Source: Tubiluchus corallicola
Taxonomy: Eukaryota; Animalia; Priapulida
Direction: 5' to 3'
NCBI GenBank assembly: GCA_030141605.1
Contig: JAQGDQ010000057.1
Span: forward strand, 1-64,000
DNA length: 64,000 bases
Shown: one piece after another, positions 44,345-58,926 of the stretch
How positions within the stretch are numbered: position 1 is the stretch's first letter
Layout: each line of letters opens with the position of its first letter
Made by a program: the position numbers and the translations under genes
The notes under the pieces: model-generated
Database searches by the model: none
Seen by the model: only the letters and a program-made list of their open reading frames with translations
Told to the model about the DNA's origin: nothing

Positions 44345-44453
44345 AATCACCCATTTGATGATGATTTTCAGTGTCACAGTGCTCCAGCTTTTGTTAAAAT
44401 CACCCATTTGATGATGATTTTCAGTGTCACAGTGCTCCAGCTTTTGTTAAAAT
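44345..44453 (+). repeat. Perfect 53-bp tandem duplication spanning the GPCR start codon
   Basis: aatcacccatttgatgatgattttcagtgtcacagtgctccagcttttgttaa occurs twice (44345, 44398). Confidence 0.97.
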
Positions 44454-44516
44454 TGAGCATAGGCTTCGTTTTGATCATAGTAGCTGTCCCATACCAAGGT
44501 CTCAGCAACTCAAAAG
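44411..44516 (+). CDS. GPCR exon 1 (signal peptide)
   Basis: MMIFSVTVLQLLLKLSIGFVLIIVAVPYQGLSNSK then G|gtatgc, phase 1 matches exon 2. Confidence 0.72.
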
Positions 44517-47500
44517 GTATGCCCACCTTCATTTAAAACTGATTTACAATAAATGCCTAACTGGAATCTCGCTTATTACTGTTACTTATTACATTTTTGT
44601 GAATCTAAGCTTAAATGACTCTTCCATTCAATTCCCTTCCCTTCTATTCTGCTCTTCTCTTCTCCTTTCTTCCTCTCTTTTCTCCTCTTCTCTCCTCTTC
44701 CCTTCCCTTCCCTTCTGTTCTACTCTCCTCTCCTCTTCTCTTTTCTTCTCCCTTTCCCTTCTCCTCCCATTCCCGTCCCCTCTTACTGTACTACTTTACT
44801 TTGTTCTATACTTTTAGATAGGTAAGTACAGTCTCTGCAGTTAGGTATATGTACCTATTCATGCTGAAAGTTATTCCATTATTTATTATCAAATGGTGCA
44901 CTGTGAGTTTTATGTTCATGTCATTTTAAGTGAACATAATAGAAAAAATTGTTCAGTTTAGCTAAATATCATGCAGACCTATTTGTTTTTAACAATATGG
45001 TTATAGTGATTACAGGTAATCTCTACTTGTCATTAAGAGATTGATGATCACTGAAAGCAGATCTACAGAAGTGATGAGTTAACAAGAAAAACTTATACTA
45101 CCGGGATTTAAGAAATTCATTATTCTCCGTAAATTTTTAGAAAACGCTCGTTTAGCACTAGAATATATGGAGAAGGTAAGAACAAGTGAATGCACAGGAG
45201 GCACTGGAGAAGTGTTACCCATCGAGTTTGACCATACACAGTGGTATACCCAAGCACAGGTAATGTATGTTACTGCAAGGTGATATAAACATATAGCTTG
45301 TGTTTATAACAGATAATTACACATGATGACAGTAGTCAGAGTATGGGTAGGGTGTTTAGTTGAGTTTGTTTGTCTCTGTATCTGTCAAAAAAATCAGAAC
45401 AGATGAAGTTGTAATCATCATCAAACTTTGTCAAAAAGAATGGCACGTTTGGTTCAAATGGTCAAAGGTCAAGGTTAAAAATAAAAACAAAACGGATGTA
45501 CGCTACAATCACCAAACTAAACATGGCACAGGGATATGTCTGCATCATTGTCTATTGTTATTGTTTTTGCCAATGCCACTGTCAATTGCTATTATCATTG
45601 TCTTTGTTATCCACCGTGATGGTAGTTGGTGCACAGAAAGGGCACAATAAAATAGAAATCTGTCTGTTTAGGTACCAAACTTGACAGAAGACAGGGAGTT
45701 TGGATTGAAAAGCTCAATGTCAAGTTTATTTCATGCTAACACTTAACCCGTGCATGGTTGTTGAGAGCTTAACCACGCTCCGACTATTGTAATTAGGGTT
45801 AGAGTTAGCACGAAATAAGAATACCATTCATTTTACCATTTTCTGATCTCGTGACAGTGACTTTCGCTTTCAAACCCAATAGTCCTATCCCAGTATCCTT
45901 TGTCATGTTTGGTGCATATACATGCATGTGTTTTGATTACATTGCAGAATTTATGTTGTTAATAAACATCCAATACTTCTTTGTTTCGATACTTTTTTAT
46001 CATTTAAAAATAGGGCAAAATTAATCATTATGATCTTTGTAATCACGTTGATTTTTTAGATACATGCATTTTTAAATTTTCAGTGTATAACTAAAGTCTA
46101 TGAAAGCATGCACACATGTATGTATCTGCACATGTGTTCTCATAGGCTTTAGTTATTCACACATTGTCAATTAAATGGAAACAGTCAATTGAAATTATCT
46201 TTGTTCAACTAAAAATTGTTTCATTACAGTGCTTGAGAGGCAAACTGTAACGAATTTTGAAGAGCAAAAAGCAAAAAAATTACCTCTGTAATCCATATGC
46301 ATTGCAAACAGCGTTAGTATTTGTGTAAAAAGTAAAGGGAAGCAAAAAGATGGATTTTGAAATCTTTTTAGTATAAACTGTCACATTACAGCAGTGGGGA
46401 GTAACTTTGTGTGCGATATCTTCATTAAGTGAGGAACTCTGGCTACTCAAAATAATGATGAACGTGCATGCTTAAAAGGCATTTTGAAGGTGATGCAGTG
46501 TCATCCAATAATTGTCAATCTCAGTTACTGACAAAATCATTATATTAGTAAGGTCAGTTCACAATGTTTTAGAAAACTGCGAACCTTCTAGCACAGTTTG
46601 AAATTGGTTATCTACAGATAACAGGGCTAAAATACATTTGTTATGAGGCATCGAGCAACTTATTGAGGTAAAAGCTCTCCGGAAAACCTTTCTACATTCA
46701 CCTGTACACTAATTGAAAATGCATAGCAAGTAATCTAACAGGAAATATAAATCTCACTTTGCATTTAGAAGTACATACTATGACATTTAGATTAGCATGC
46801 TGATCATGTCGTGAATTCTTTCTTTTTCTTTAGAGCCACTGACTGGTCACAAAACAAAACGTGCAAATAACATGTGATTATTCTTGCCAATTAAACATCT
46901 TCTCTTTATAAAGACAGACAACACTGGATACAATATTCACCACTACTATGCATGTCATTTAACTAATTATGTCCTCTGCCACCCTAGCCTAACCCACCAG
47001 TAAATCTAGCCATGTTTTTAGCCTGCACCCACAGCATATTTAATTACCATTACTTCACATCTAATCATAACCTCTAATAGCAAGTTGTTTTCTCAGCATT
47101 TATGCTAACCATGCACACCCAAACTTCTAGTGTGACGTGAAAGACTTTTTCTAAGTATATGTATATTGTTCAAGACTTCAATTATGTCCTATTAAGAAAT
47201 GTGACTTGTACAACTAACATCGTTTACTTGCAGGCTGCCACAGTTTCAGCAAACTTATTTACAAGTTTATGGATGATGCATAATGGAACTCCATCATACA
47301 TAGATGATGACATTATGTTTGGAATGACCAGGGCCAACATTGTAGCTGATCCATTAATCTTTGCATCAGGATTTGCTTTTGACGAGTATACGTACAAAGA
47401 TTATCGTATGGTAAGATAAATGCGTCCAAATCTTTGAAAATTATAGACAACAAGTGTGTCATTCCAGCAGTTAGTAAAAAAATTAATATCTTTCCATGTA

Positions 47501-50500
47501 CATGCTGTAGCAATCCAGCAATTATGTTATTGTACATACGTAGCGATTTTGATATAAGTTTAATCCAGCATGACAAAAAAGCATATACTGCTGGTTATTT
47601 AAATGTGATATTTGCACACGATCTGACTCCAGTTATTACTAAGCCAGCTAGAGTTACCTCAAAAACTCAAATGCTCATTGATCATATTTATACAAATGAC
47701 ATGACTAACTATATACAATCTGGAATTTTGATTGCTAAGTTGCAAACCATTTACCTATATCTGCCATAGTTAACTGTTCATCAAGATTTAGAAATAATAG
47801 AAAACAATCAGAGATTATAAAAACCTTACTACAGAAAATTTTAAAAATCAGTTAAATGCTAAACTAACATCCCTAGATTTTAATAATCTGTTTACTAATG
47901 AATCTTTCGATACATTCTTTGAGATATTAAAAAATACCTTTAATCAACATTTCCCACTTATAACAATGTTCCGAAAAGAATCTACAACCTTTCGTAAACC
48001 ATGGATTACCCCAGGAATTCTCCAATCAATTAAAATTAAAGCAAAGTCGTTTACTAGTCATAAAATGTCTAACAGTTTATATAGAAGGAATTATTACAGA
48101 ATATACAGTAATAAACTTACTCACCTTAAAGAATTATCTAAGAAATAATATTATTCACATGTGATGCAAACTGCCAAAGGTAATATGAAAAAAAACTTAG
48201 ACAGTCACCAATTCTCTTATTAAATGCTCCTAATGGAATACTATGAGGCAACAGATATTAGCCATAAACTGAATGAACACTTTATAAATATTGGGCAGTC
48301 AATGGCATCTAAGATTCCCTCTAAAACATGCACTTACAAAGATTTTTTAAAACAACCGAGCAAAAATTCGTTTTTTATTAATCCGGTTACAATAACTGAA
48401 GTAGCTGCACTGATCAGTGACCAGATGTTCTGAAATTAGCCAAAATCATACCAATCTATAAAGCAAATTCATCTCTTAATTCTAGTAACTACAGACCTAT
48501 TTCTTTGCTATCACCATTCTCTAAAATCTTTGAAAAACTCATTTATAATAGGCTTGATAAATTTATTACTACTAAAAACTTCTTATCAAAGTATAAATTT
48601 GGATTTCGGAACAAATTATTCTACTTTATTAGCAGTTTCTGAGCTTGTGGATAACCTAGCTGAGAATCCTGACAGCAAAGTTATATAATGTGGCATTTTC
48701 TTAGACCTATTTAAAGCCTTTGACACAGTTCAACATACCATTCTCCTAAATAAATTTGAATATTATGGAATAAGAGGACTAGTACTTTCTTTTTTTACAT
48801 CACACCTGCCAAACAGAAAACAATATGCAACAGTCAATGAAATACCCTCTGAATCCCTAACTATAACTTGTGGCATTTCTCAAGGATCCACACTCAGACC
48901 TATTCTTTTCCTTCTCTTTATTAATGACCTACTAAATAGTTCCAATTTTCAAACAAGGCTTTTCGCAGATGATACTAACCCTTTCTTCTCTGAAACTAAC
49001 CTAAGAGATTTGGAAACATCAATTAATTGTAAATTAGGCAAGGTAAATGCTTGGATGAATGCAAAAAACTACCAATTAACTAAAAGAAAACCAAATTCAT
49101 AATAATTAGGCCTCAACAAAGAAAGTCTAATACTCAAGCCAAGAGTAAAATGATTATAAAAATAAATAATCATTGCTTAGAAGAAGTTAATAACATCAAA
49201 TATTTGGGACTCATTATGGATAAAAAACTCTCATGGTCTGCACATATCCAACATGTAGTTTATAAAACTGGCAAGCTAATACGAGTTATTTCAAAACTCA
49301 GACATTTTTTGGACTTAAACACCCTTATATTAATATATTATGCTCTAATTTATCATTACCTTCAGTATAGCGTCTTGGCATTGGAATCTCTCTCTCAGAC
49401 AACATTACAACCACTGATTACTCAACAAAATAAAATAACTAAGATACTTACATTTGCCAAATTTAGAGATCATGCCTAAGATCTTACGTTAAACTCAGCC
49501 TGCTCTAGCTAACTGATATACATAAATGAGAACTGGCCAAATTTATATACAAACTTGAACGCCAACTGCTTTCTAGCTTCTATGAAAATTATTACACCAC
49601 TGTTTCTAACATTCTTTCATATTATACAAGATCTACTGCAAATAATTCTTTCTGTATTAGACATAAATACTAAACTGGGACAAAAATCATTAAAATGCTA
49701 GGGTGCAAAACTCCGGAATTTTTAGCCCCTCAAATTATAACATCTGCAACCCTTAGCACATTAAGTAAAATATGTAAAAAGGAATTGTTGTTGGCTTATA
49801 CTACTTGATGCAAGCACAAATATTTCCAAAATTTTTTATTCCACTCTTTTTGGTTATGAGAATTTGTTCTTTTTGTTTCGTTTTGCTTAAATGTTAATGT
49901 ATTTGTTTTTGAGTTACGTTTTGAATTGTTTTTTTTGGTTTCAATGGTTATTTTGAGTTGTTTCATTTAATATGATTTTGTTTTGTTTCATAATTTATTG
50001 CATAATTTTGAACCATCACGCATTTATTGATTTCCATAATTCTTGCACATAAATGTGCGTGCCGCTTTATTGCTCAAAATTATATTACGTCAATCAATTC
50101 TGCTTTTGCGTTAATTTTGTTAACTTTTAATTGTACTTATCATCTTTATGAATGTTAAGAAAAGAATTTCATAACCATTAGCTTATCCAGCCATGGATAT
50201 GAAAACTACAGAATTTCTAACGTAAGGGTGGCTGACTTAGTAGACCATATGGTGGTTCGCCACCCTTTCTCCACACTACATTGTACTTGTTTTCCTTCGA
50301 CACGAAAAACTATTTTTCATTGTACTGAATTTAAAAATATCTGAAAGCTCCTGTGTATTGTTAACCTTGCAGGAGATAAATAAATATATCTTATCTTATT
50401 TTGCTGCACCATAGTGATGCCCAATTTTCAGTTTTGCATCCTTACAAAACATGAAGAATAAAACCAGCTAAACATTTCTAAGATGCAAAAAACATAGGTT

Positions 50501-53500
50501 ACCTGTGCAACTGCATATATAACTGCATTTTGGATATATTGCACTCTAACAAAGAAATATTAAGCCTGTCATTTAATCAAGAGAGCTATAATACAGACTT
50601 GTCAAGACAGCACACACCATTTACATCCTACAAAGCGACACCACAATATTGAGTCATCAGGCCAAACCTGATCTTTAGTAGTAAAAATCAAACAGATACA
50701 CCTTACATTTCGAATTCTAAGAAATTTTTATCTGTATTTATTCTCATGCCACAAAAAATGATGTAAGTTTATACCAGCAAGACGGTGATCAATAGGTTCA
50801 GATTGAAAAATGCCATCGATTTTGTTAAGCACGTTTCAAGTGATCCTGTTTTATTTGGCAAGTTTTTGATAGGGAAATTATAATTATAGCCTATGTTATC
50901 TAGTTACACTAACCAGTTTGGTTCCTAATTGTAGAGCAAACGACAGCGCACTAGAACTGAAATCAACAACAACAGTGGCAACAACAATAACAGCAGCAAC
51001 AACAATACCAACAGCAGCAGCAACTGCAACAACAACAATACAACAATCACCATCACTGCCATCTACATTGCTGCCACTCCACGAAGCGAATTCGAATTGA
51101 GTTTGAAAGATTTTCAAACAGGTTTTTGAACCGCCAGTAAAAAGTGATCTTACAAAGTTCATGCATATTGCTCGATTTTGCTCTGCAGTAAACCACTGAT
51201 AATTTGTTTAAAAACTGTGCACAGAAATCACAGCTAAACTGTGCTAATGTCATGACGTTTCAAACATTTAAGTGACAAAGAACGCATGTCATTGAAGTGC
51301 TGAGTTATTCGAATCTATAATCTTAGGTTCAAATCGAATTTATACTAAAAATCTCGTCTGAATTGAATTCGAATGTTAGAATTCAATTCGAAAGTTCAAA
51401 CTTGAAGGTTCGATGCTCAACCCTAACCACCACATCATCCGCATAACTGCTGCTGCCAACAACGACTACAACAATAAATCATCTATGAAAAAATCAGACA
51501 AGCAAAAAAATCATTAGGCATAAAAAAAGAAAAGCCACAACTCTGTTAACACCCATTTTTACTTGAGAGGAGAATTAGATAAGGGGCGCTGTTTTATGTA
51601 GCTACAGCAAAGAAGCAAGGCAATAAAATGATAATTAATTGCATAGATAAACTTCAATACATAGATTCAATACAAACTAACAATTACATAGATACAAAAA
51701 TAAACTTCAAAAACGTATTATTACTGCATGTGCACCAGTATTATAACATGTATGTGTAAGACGTTTGTAGCAAAAATTTAATTCAAATAGAGCTGTGATG
51801 TATCTGCAGTACTATGTAAACTTATCAGCTGCCATTATTCCACCACTGAATACTTGAATAGCATGCAATAATTGCAAAAATAACTCCAACATTGAATTTC
51901 AATACTGCCAAAATATGAATATGTTAACCTTCACCACATGCATGTCTTTATTACCTTTACCACATGCATGTCTCCGTTACCTTCACATCATTTGCATGTC
52001 TTTATTAGCAACATTATCAATAACCACATCACAAGAACAAATTTCAGTAAGTGAATGGTTGTTACAAAAGTCAATAAGACAGAATTACTGTTGGTGAGGC
52101 AGAATTGACTAGTTATCTCAGTTAATTAATGACTGAATTAATGAACACGCTTTGTAACCTCTATTTTAATAACAAGAGGCATACAATATAGTAGAGCATA
52201 CAGTTGCAAAAACTTGAATTCTTGCATCTTTAATTTAAGAAAATAATCAGCTTGTTAGCACATTCAAATATAAAATCTATATCGTTGATTCAATTTTAAA
52301 ATTTTCCATTTCTCTAGGTTGCGTTTTATGCTGCAAAAAAGGGTGGAGAAATCAGCAATTTTGACATATCGATAAATTACAAATATTTAGATCTTCCTGA
52401 AGTTGTGTGGTGGTGGGAGCCAAAAACAAAGACTTATCCTGAAAGAAACTGGACTGTCAACCTGGAAAGAAGGTAAGTTTTAACTTAAACATGCTAATCA
52501 TGGTTGTTGTCATCATGATTGAAGTCTTGTTGCTTTGAACTACTTTTTGTGTTACAGCTGAAGCTATTTTTGCTATTGCTTTTGGTGAGTGAGTTAATAT
52601 TACTCTGCCACATTTTTTCACATTCGAATATATCGACTGAAGAAAATAATAAAAAATCAATGAATCAAGATTTTTTCCACAGAAGAAATACGATCGACAA
52701 AGAAATAATGGCATGTGCGAGTATTATTGGCCGCGTACAGGCAATATGCAGGTAACAGTAAAATGTGCAGAGTTGCAAAATTGAAACTAATTTTCTAGAT
52801 TCCACTTTGTAATAGATTAGACCTTTTTGTACTGCGGGATAAGAGAGGTCAGCAGAAAGAAGTTAACGAAAAGCCAATATTTGCAGAGAATGAGTCTGTC
52901 TAAAAAGGAAGATTTTGAAATTTTATAATAATTGTGCCAGTATACTCACATTGATTGGTAACAAAAACTATAAAGTAAATAAGTTAATACAACTTAAGAT
53001 ATGCACACAAGTTTATTGTTTCAAATATACAACGATTGCACAAAACATATTTATGTTATTAAAACGAAACCATAAACCACTTCAACACCTGTCTGGCGCA
53101 ATCCTCAGTGCTCCACCATGTAACTCTGCCCACAAGCATCTTACTGTACACAATGCAAACCAAACTTCTCTAAACTCCAATTACTTCTGCATAATGATTG
53201 TGACAGTTCAATCATATCATCGCTTTCTGGTTTTTGCTAACTACACGTTTTAGAAACAACTGAGGATGACACTAGACAGAGCTGAAATATTATGTGGCTG
53301 CATTTTAAAAACGTGAATGTTTTAAACAACAATCAATCGTTCTGTGCTTGTAATTTTCATTATTATAGAGATTCCCCAAAGATAAATCTGTCGCTATTTC
53401 ATTCTTCTACAGAGGTATACCAAGTTATATACTGATTCATATAATAATAATAATCCAATCACTATTTATTCATATTTTTACCAATAAATTGATTTATAAT

Positions 53501-56500
53501 GATATTACTTAAATTACATTCAAGTGGATGATGTTCACAGAAAGGCAAAAACTAATTGATTAATAACACATACTGTAATCATTCAAACCATTAATAGCAC
53601 TGAATTCACTTCAACAGTATAGAAAGCATTTTGACAGTGTTCTCAAGCAATAAAGAATTACTCTCATCTCTCTGAATTTATAATAAATTTATTTATTTAT
53701 AGGAAATTAATAATTGTATATAAAAACCGTAATGCCATGAATGAGGCAAATAAACTTAGTTGAATTGAATCGACTCAAACAGCTAATGAGATGCAAGCTA
53801 ATAAGTTAGGGTTTAGTGATGAAATGCTTGGAATGCCACAATAAGATCAACGCTAGAAACTTTTACTGCTGCTACAACATTATAGCTATATTCTATTTAG
53901 CTTAACTGCTAAATCCTATTACGTGTCACAGGTTCAATGTCACCGGCAACCATTTTGCACCCGTGGAAAGATTCACGCAACCCTATGCTAAAGTAGAAGA
54001 TGGCTATTGGACCCAACCATATTATGATTGTGGGGGTGGTGACATATGGATGGTGACATATTTAGCTCCAATTTTTGTCAGTGATCCTAAAGAGGAACGT
54101 GGTTATAAATTAGGGTATGTTACATTAATTAAACTGCGATATAAAAAGTACACCTTCATGGGTACATCTAACGTTTCAACATTTTTTGTCATGCAGATGA
54201 CTTCAAAAATTAATAATTTTGCTAGTCGTTTGGTCATTTTTCACTAATATCTTGTAAATGTCTTCCAAACTAGAGTACATGTAAAAATAACGAGCTAGTG
54301 TGTATTGTATGGAACATTACAGTTCATTGGAATACACACATATTTATAGTTATCTTTTCAAAAATATATCTATAGCCACCGAATCTGGCCCATTAGATCT
54401 ATCTTAATGTTTTTACTACTATCTTACTAGCTGACGCAGTTAGTTACAAGTTTATATATACATATAATACCATAAACCTGATTTCTTTCGCCCTTTTATA
54501 CTTTTAAACTTAAAATGGCTATTGGACCCAATGTCTATGTTTATAAAATGGACTCTAAAACCAAATATGAAAGTTGCAAAATTTTCTCCATTATCTCTTT
54601 CCAAAAATAATAATTTACCCTGTCAACAGGTGATCTTGAAATTTACATTTTTTTGTACAAATTGTTCCAAACAAAGCCAGTGACCAGGCTATTGAGACAA
54701 GATGAAAATATGAACAGACCAGCAAAATGGAATTCTTCTAGCTTTTTTTGCTATCTAACAAGAAGTATCTGTTCATGCTGTTCTTGAAGCTGTAGTTAAC
54801 ACGGCAACAATTACTTAGTAAAAAAAGTTCTCCTCAGAAGTTCGAGAGGAAAACTGGACATGTCAAACAACTGTTCTACATCTAGGAATGTACAGGGGTT
54901 AAGCCTAGGAGAAACAATAGCAAAACATTATTGTTGGCCTTTATGAACCAATGACAAGAGGTCCTGCAAGCATCTTTCTTAGAAGTAGCAATATGGCAAA
55001 TGACATTGACGAATAAGGGACTGCATGGATGATGCCAGGCTAGACCCAGCCAGATATTACCTCTCAGTGTGACAAGTGGGTTGAGAAAACACACTGAAAC
55101 ACCAACTCTAATGCAGCTGCACTGACTCAGCACCTCATTCTGCACTTGTGAAAGAATGTTAAGCACTACTACTAGGAGAAACCAAATACTGACTACTGCA
55201 ATGCAAGTTCGTGCATTTCTATAAAAAATTTTCAATTCGGATAAAACTATTACCGACAATAATTATATTGAAGAACATAAGCAGATGTCTAACTGTGACT
55301 TACAGTCGGAGATGATTATGATTATTTCACATTGTTATTGTAGGGGTGTTGCTGGTTGTGATATTGACCTTACACATATTGATATAAACCAATGTGATGA
55401 AGATGATGTTCAGACGAGCACCTCATATGTGTTTCGAGGGACACACCTCTGCCAGGAGACAACAAAAGTTTGTAAAATAATGAAACTTTTATCGTTGATA
55501 GGAACAGCCAGAGGTCAGAGTCAAAGAAATTATGTGACATTTCACGAGTTTGTCTCGCCGGTGAAGGTGGTTTTATTAGCCATTTTGATTTTCGGATTAC
55601 TCCCTTGCAAATAACAAGCTTTTCACAGTTTCAATGATTGATGATGATCGTGAAAAGGTCAAAGGTTATACCACGCAACACATCTGTGTATACTTGACAA
55701 TACCTCGCAGCCCATCCTATTTTAATAGCAACAGTTTTAAAACTTAGCTAGAACCTTATCTAGTTAATTTTTTCTTGTTCCAAGCAAGATCCTGCTAGTA
55801 AATCACTCTACGCACAGACTAATGCATAACTTAGTAAAGTCCACTTAAAACAACTGACATCACTGAACTGATGTGATAAATGGCTCTGCTTTATCCACAT
55901 GTCACGTGGCAGTTGTAGTTAAGACATGGTGATGTGGTACAATTAACCTTTGACCTGCAGCAACTGATAATGGCACAATACTGCATGCAAATTACATGCA
56001 GATGCTTTTAATAACGAATTTTGCAGGGCAAAGCTAAATATACAAAGATTAGAAATGAAAGAGAATGGGAGTTCGAGAAAAAGAAAGGGAAGAGTGAGAA
56101 AAGAGAGAGAGAGAAAGAGAGACAGAGAGAGGGGGGAAGCAGAGGGGAAAGTAGAAAGAGAGAGAGAGAGAAGTGGAGAGGAGGCAGTGACGAAAAGAGA
56201 GACGGTAGGTAGGGAGGCTGAAGGGAAGAGAAATACAGAAATGAAAGAAGGAAGTACAAAGAAAGAAAGAGAGCAGAGAAAATGAGAGAATGAAAAGGAT
56301 AGAGAAAAAATGCTCTCCGAATGAAATAAGTCTGCAAGGGCAGCAAGCAGCACTGTAACGGTCAAGACAATCAAAGCTCATGGAATTTTGCTAATCATTT
56401 TAAAGGACCGTCAAAAAAGCAAATGAGCGAGTAACCCAATGCTTCACATTCCGGACTAGTTCTTAGACATTTTAATTGCCTATCAAATTTTTTTAGGAAT

Positions 56501-58894
56501 AATGTCATTCATTAGATACTTTTGGTTCTGCAGTGTGTTCCTGTCAGAAACTTGGGTCTGATGAGTGGAACTTATTACTGCTATTGTGCAGATGGCTACT
56601 ATTTTCCTAACATCTCTGCATCTGTACCAGCATTTTCAGGATTTGACATAGAAAAGGAATACCACTTGTAAGTTCAAGTATACATAATTCTTATAATAAG
56701 AGTTGTTTTAAACAATATAGCTAACAGAATTATAAGTCTGCATAAGTCACAGTGAGAAATTATTGCTCAATGTGTTTCATTATTGTTCAAAAAATTCTTC
56801 TATTACCTCCATCATCTCCCATCATCTCTTTCATCTCCATAAAGAACTGGCAATTAGTTTAACAGATTCTTTTGTTGTTGTTTGTTTTAATGAATATGAA
56901 TGATGTTATAAATCAAGGGATAAATTACAGCACATATGATGCAAGACTATATTTATAGTGTGTAGATATATATGTGGGATGGGGTGAGCAGTGAGCTATT
57001 AAGTGAGTGATTGAGTAGGTACTTAAGCAATGATGTTACGTATGTGTAAAAGAGGGAAGGGTGAATGGCCAAGTGAGTGATAGACTGGCACGAAAATGAA
57101 ATAGTTAATGAAATGTCAGACAGACACATGAACGGCAGGTATGCACGAAAATGAAATGGTTGATGAAATGTCAGACAGACACACAAATGGCAGGTATACA
57201 CGAAAATGAAATGGTTAATGAAACATCAGACAGACACATGAATACATGTTATTGTATTCATATTAACATGAAGGAGGGAAAGAGGGAAAGAATGAGGGCA
57301 AAAAAGGAGGAAGAAATGATGTCGAGCAAGAAAGCAACTTTATAGGCAGAAAGAAAGAAAGCTAGCAACAAAGAATGTAAGAATGGCAGTACTGGGGGAG
57401 TAACATGCAAGTATTTATTCACTAGATCCAACAATGAAATAGAAGCAAGTGTATTCAAATGTCTACCATGTCCAGAAGATTGTGATGTGTGCATCAATGA
57501 TAAACCATGCTTGGCTGAACACAACATGGTATTACATTTCACTTTGACTGCTGTCATCATTGGTGACATCATCGTCATCATAGTTTTCATGGCTTTTGTT
57601 GTCAAATATGTTTCACATCCGGTAAGCACTTTAAACTCATCATTAATTTTTATGATAAGTAATAACTAGTAAATGAGGAAGTAAATGCAGCTATAGCTAA
57701 CTCTCTATTAAGAAATTTAGCGGTTTATAGAGTGGTACACAGACCATTTGATCAGCTATATGTATAAAAAGACTGCACTATTGACATATGTGATCATTGT
57801 AATTTGATACATGAAAGAGCCAGCCTCTTATCAACATAGTGTTTTTATTAAGCACAGACAAACGTTTCAACAGCCTCATTATAACTGCTAGAAATCAAGC
57901 CAAAACAAATAATTAATACATTTACGACACTACAAACCGAGGCACAAAATGTCATTGTATAATCAAAAAAGTGAAATTTAAATTTATGTGAATGCTGCAA
58001 AAACAGGGAGAATATATGACTTTTTGTAAACAAATAAACGTTATTTAATGACAAAATAATAAAAATAAATAACAATAATGTTAATAATGATCTTGGTAGC
58101 ACATTGTTGTGATAATGTTAATGCTGATTAGTATTGTTGGTAAAACAGACATTACTAATGCTTATATGCTTACTCAGAATTGTTTATTAATGTATCATGT
58201 ATTCCAATATTTGTCACATGCTTGTCATCTATCACGTATCATGCAAAAACTGCTAACTCACAAAAAACAGACAAGTCTTTACTAGTGCAGTAATTTTCAT
58301 GTGTAGTGGTGGTCCAGAGAATCAGATCAGCAAAGCAAAAATCTCTTTTTCTGCCACTAATCAGCCACTGATTAGCATCAATTATTTCACCAGCATTGTT
58401 GTTTGGTATGTCATTTAATTAAACAGACATTCAAGTCTTAGAGTTTTTCTGAATTTTGTCCTATTCTTATGGCCGCGACTGTAACTTTACCATTCAATTT
58501 TATCACGATTATTTCAGCACAGAATATTTTTTCTAGATCATTAAAGCAGCAAGTCCGCTCTTCTGCTATGTCATTATTTTTGGTACATTTATTATGTGCA
58601 TCGAAGGGATCATCTTGTCCTTTAGACCCACTGATGTGCTTTGCATCATTCCTACTTGGTTTCAAAATATTGGGTACTTTCTTACATACGGAGCTTTGTT
58701 GCTAAGGACGTGGCGGTAAGACTCCTTACTTTTTTCAAACTAAAGTTAAAAAAATATACTCTACACTACTGCTTTTTTTGCTAAGAAGTCCTTGTAACTG
58801 GATTGATCTTTCTGTCAACTGTGTACGTCTCATTGAAATAACTATCCAGACATCAAGAATAGATGCTGATAGTCATATACATATAGGTTATGGC

Positions 58895-58926
<32 letters not shown>

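Noticed and set aside
44812-44827. AG|GTAAGT after a long pyrimidine tract (recursive splice site or 4-nt exon)
   Set aside because: The intron is only about 620 nt and a 4-nt exon would break the frame; no further support.
50896-51162. Thr/Ala-rich mucin-like ORF
   Set aside because: Trinucleotide repeat inside a GPCR intron; not needed for the phase-consistent gene model.
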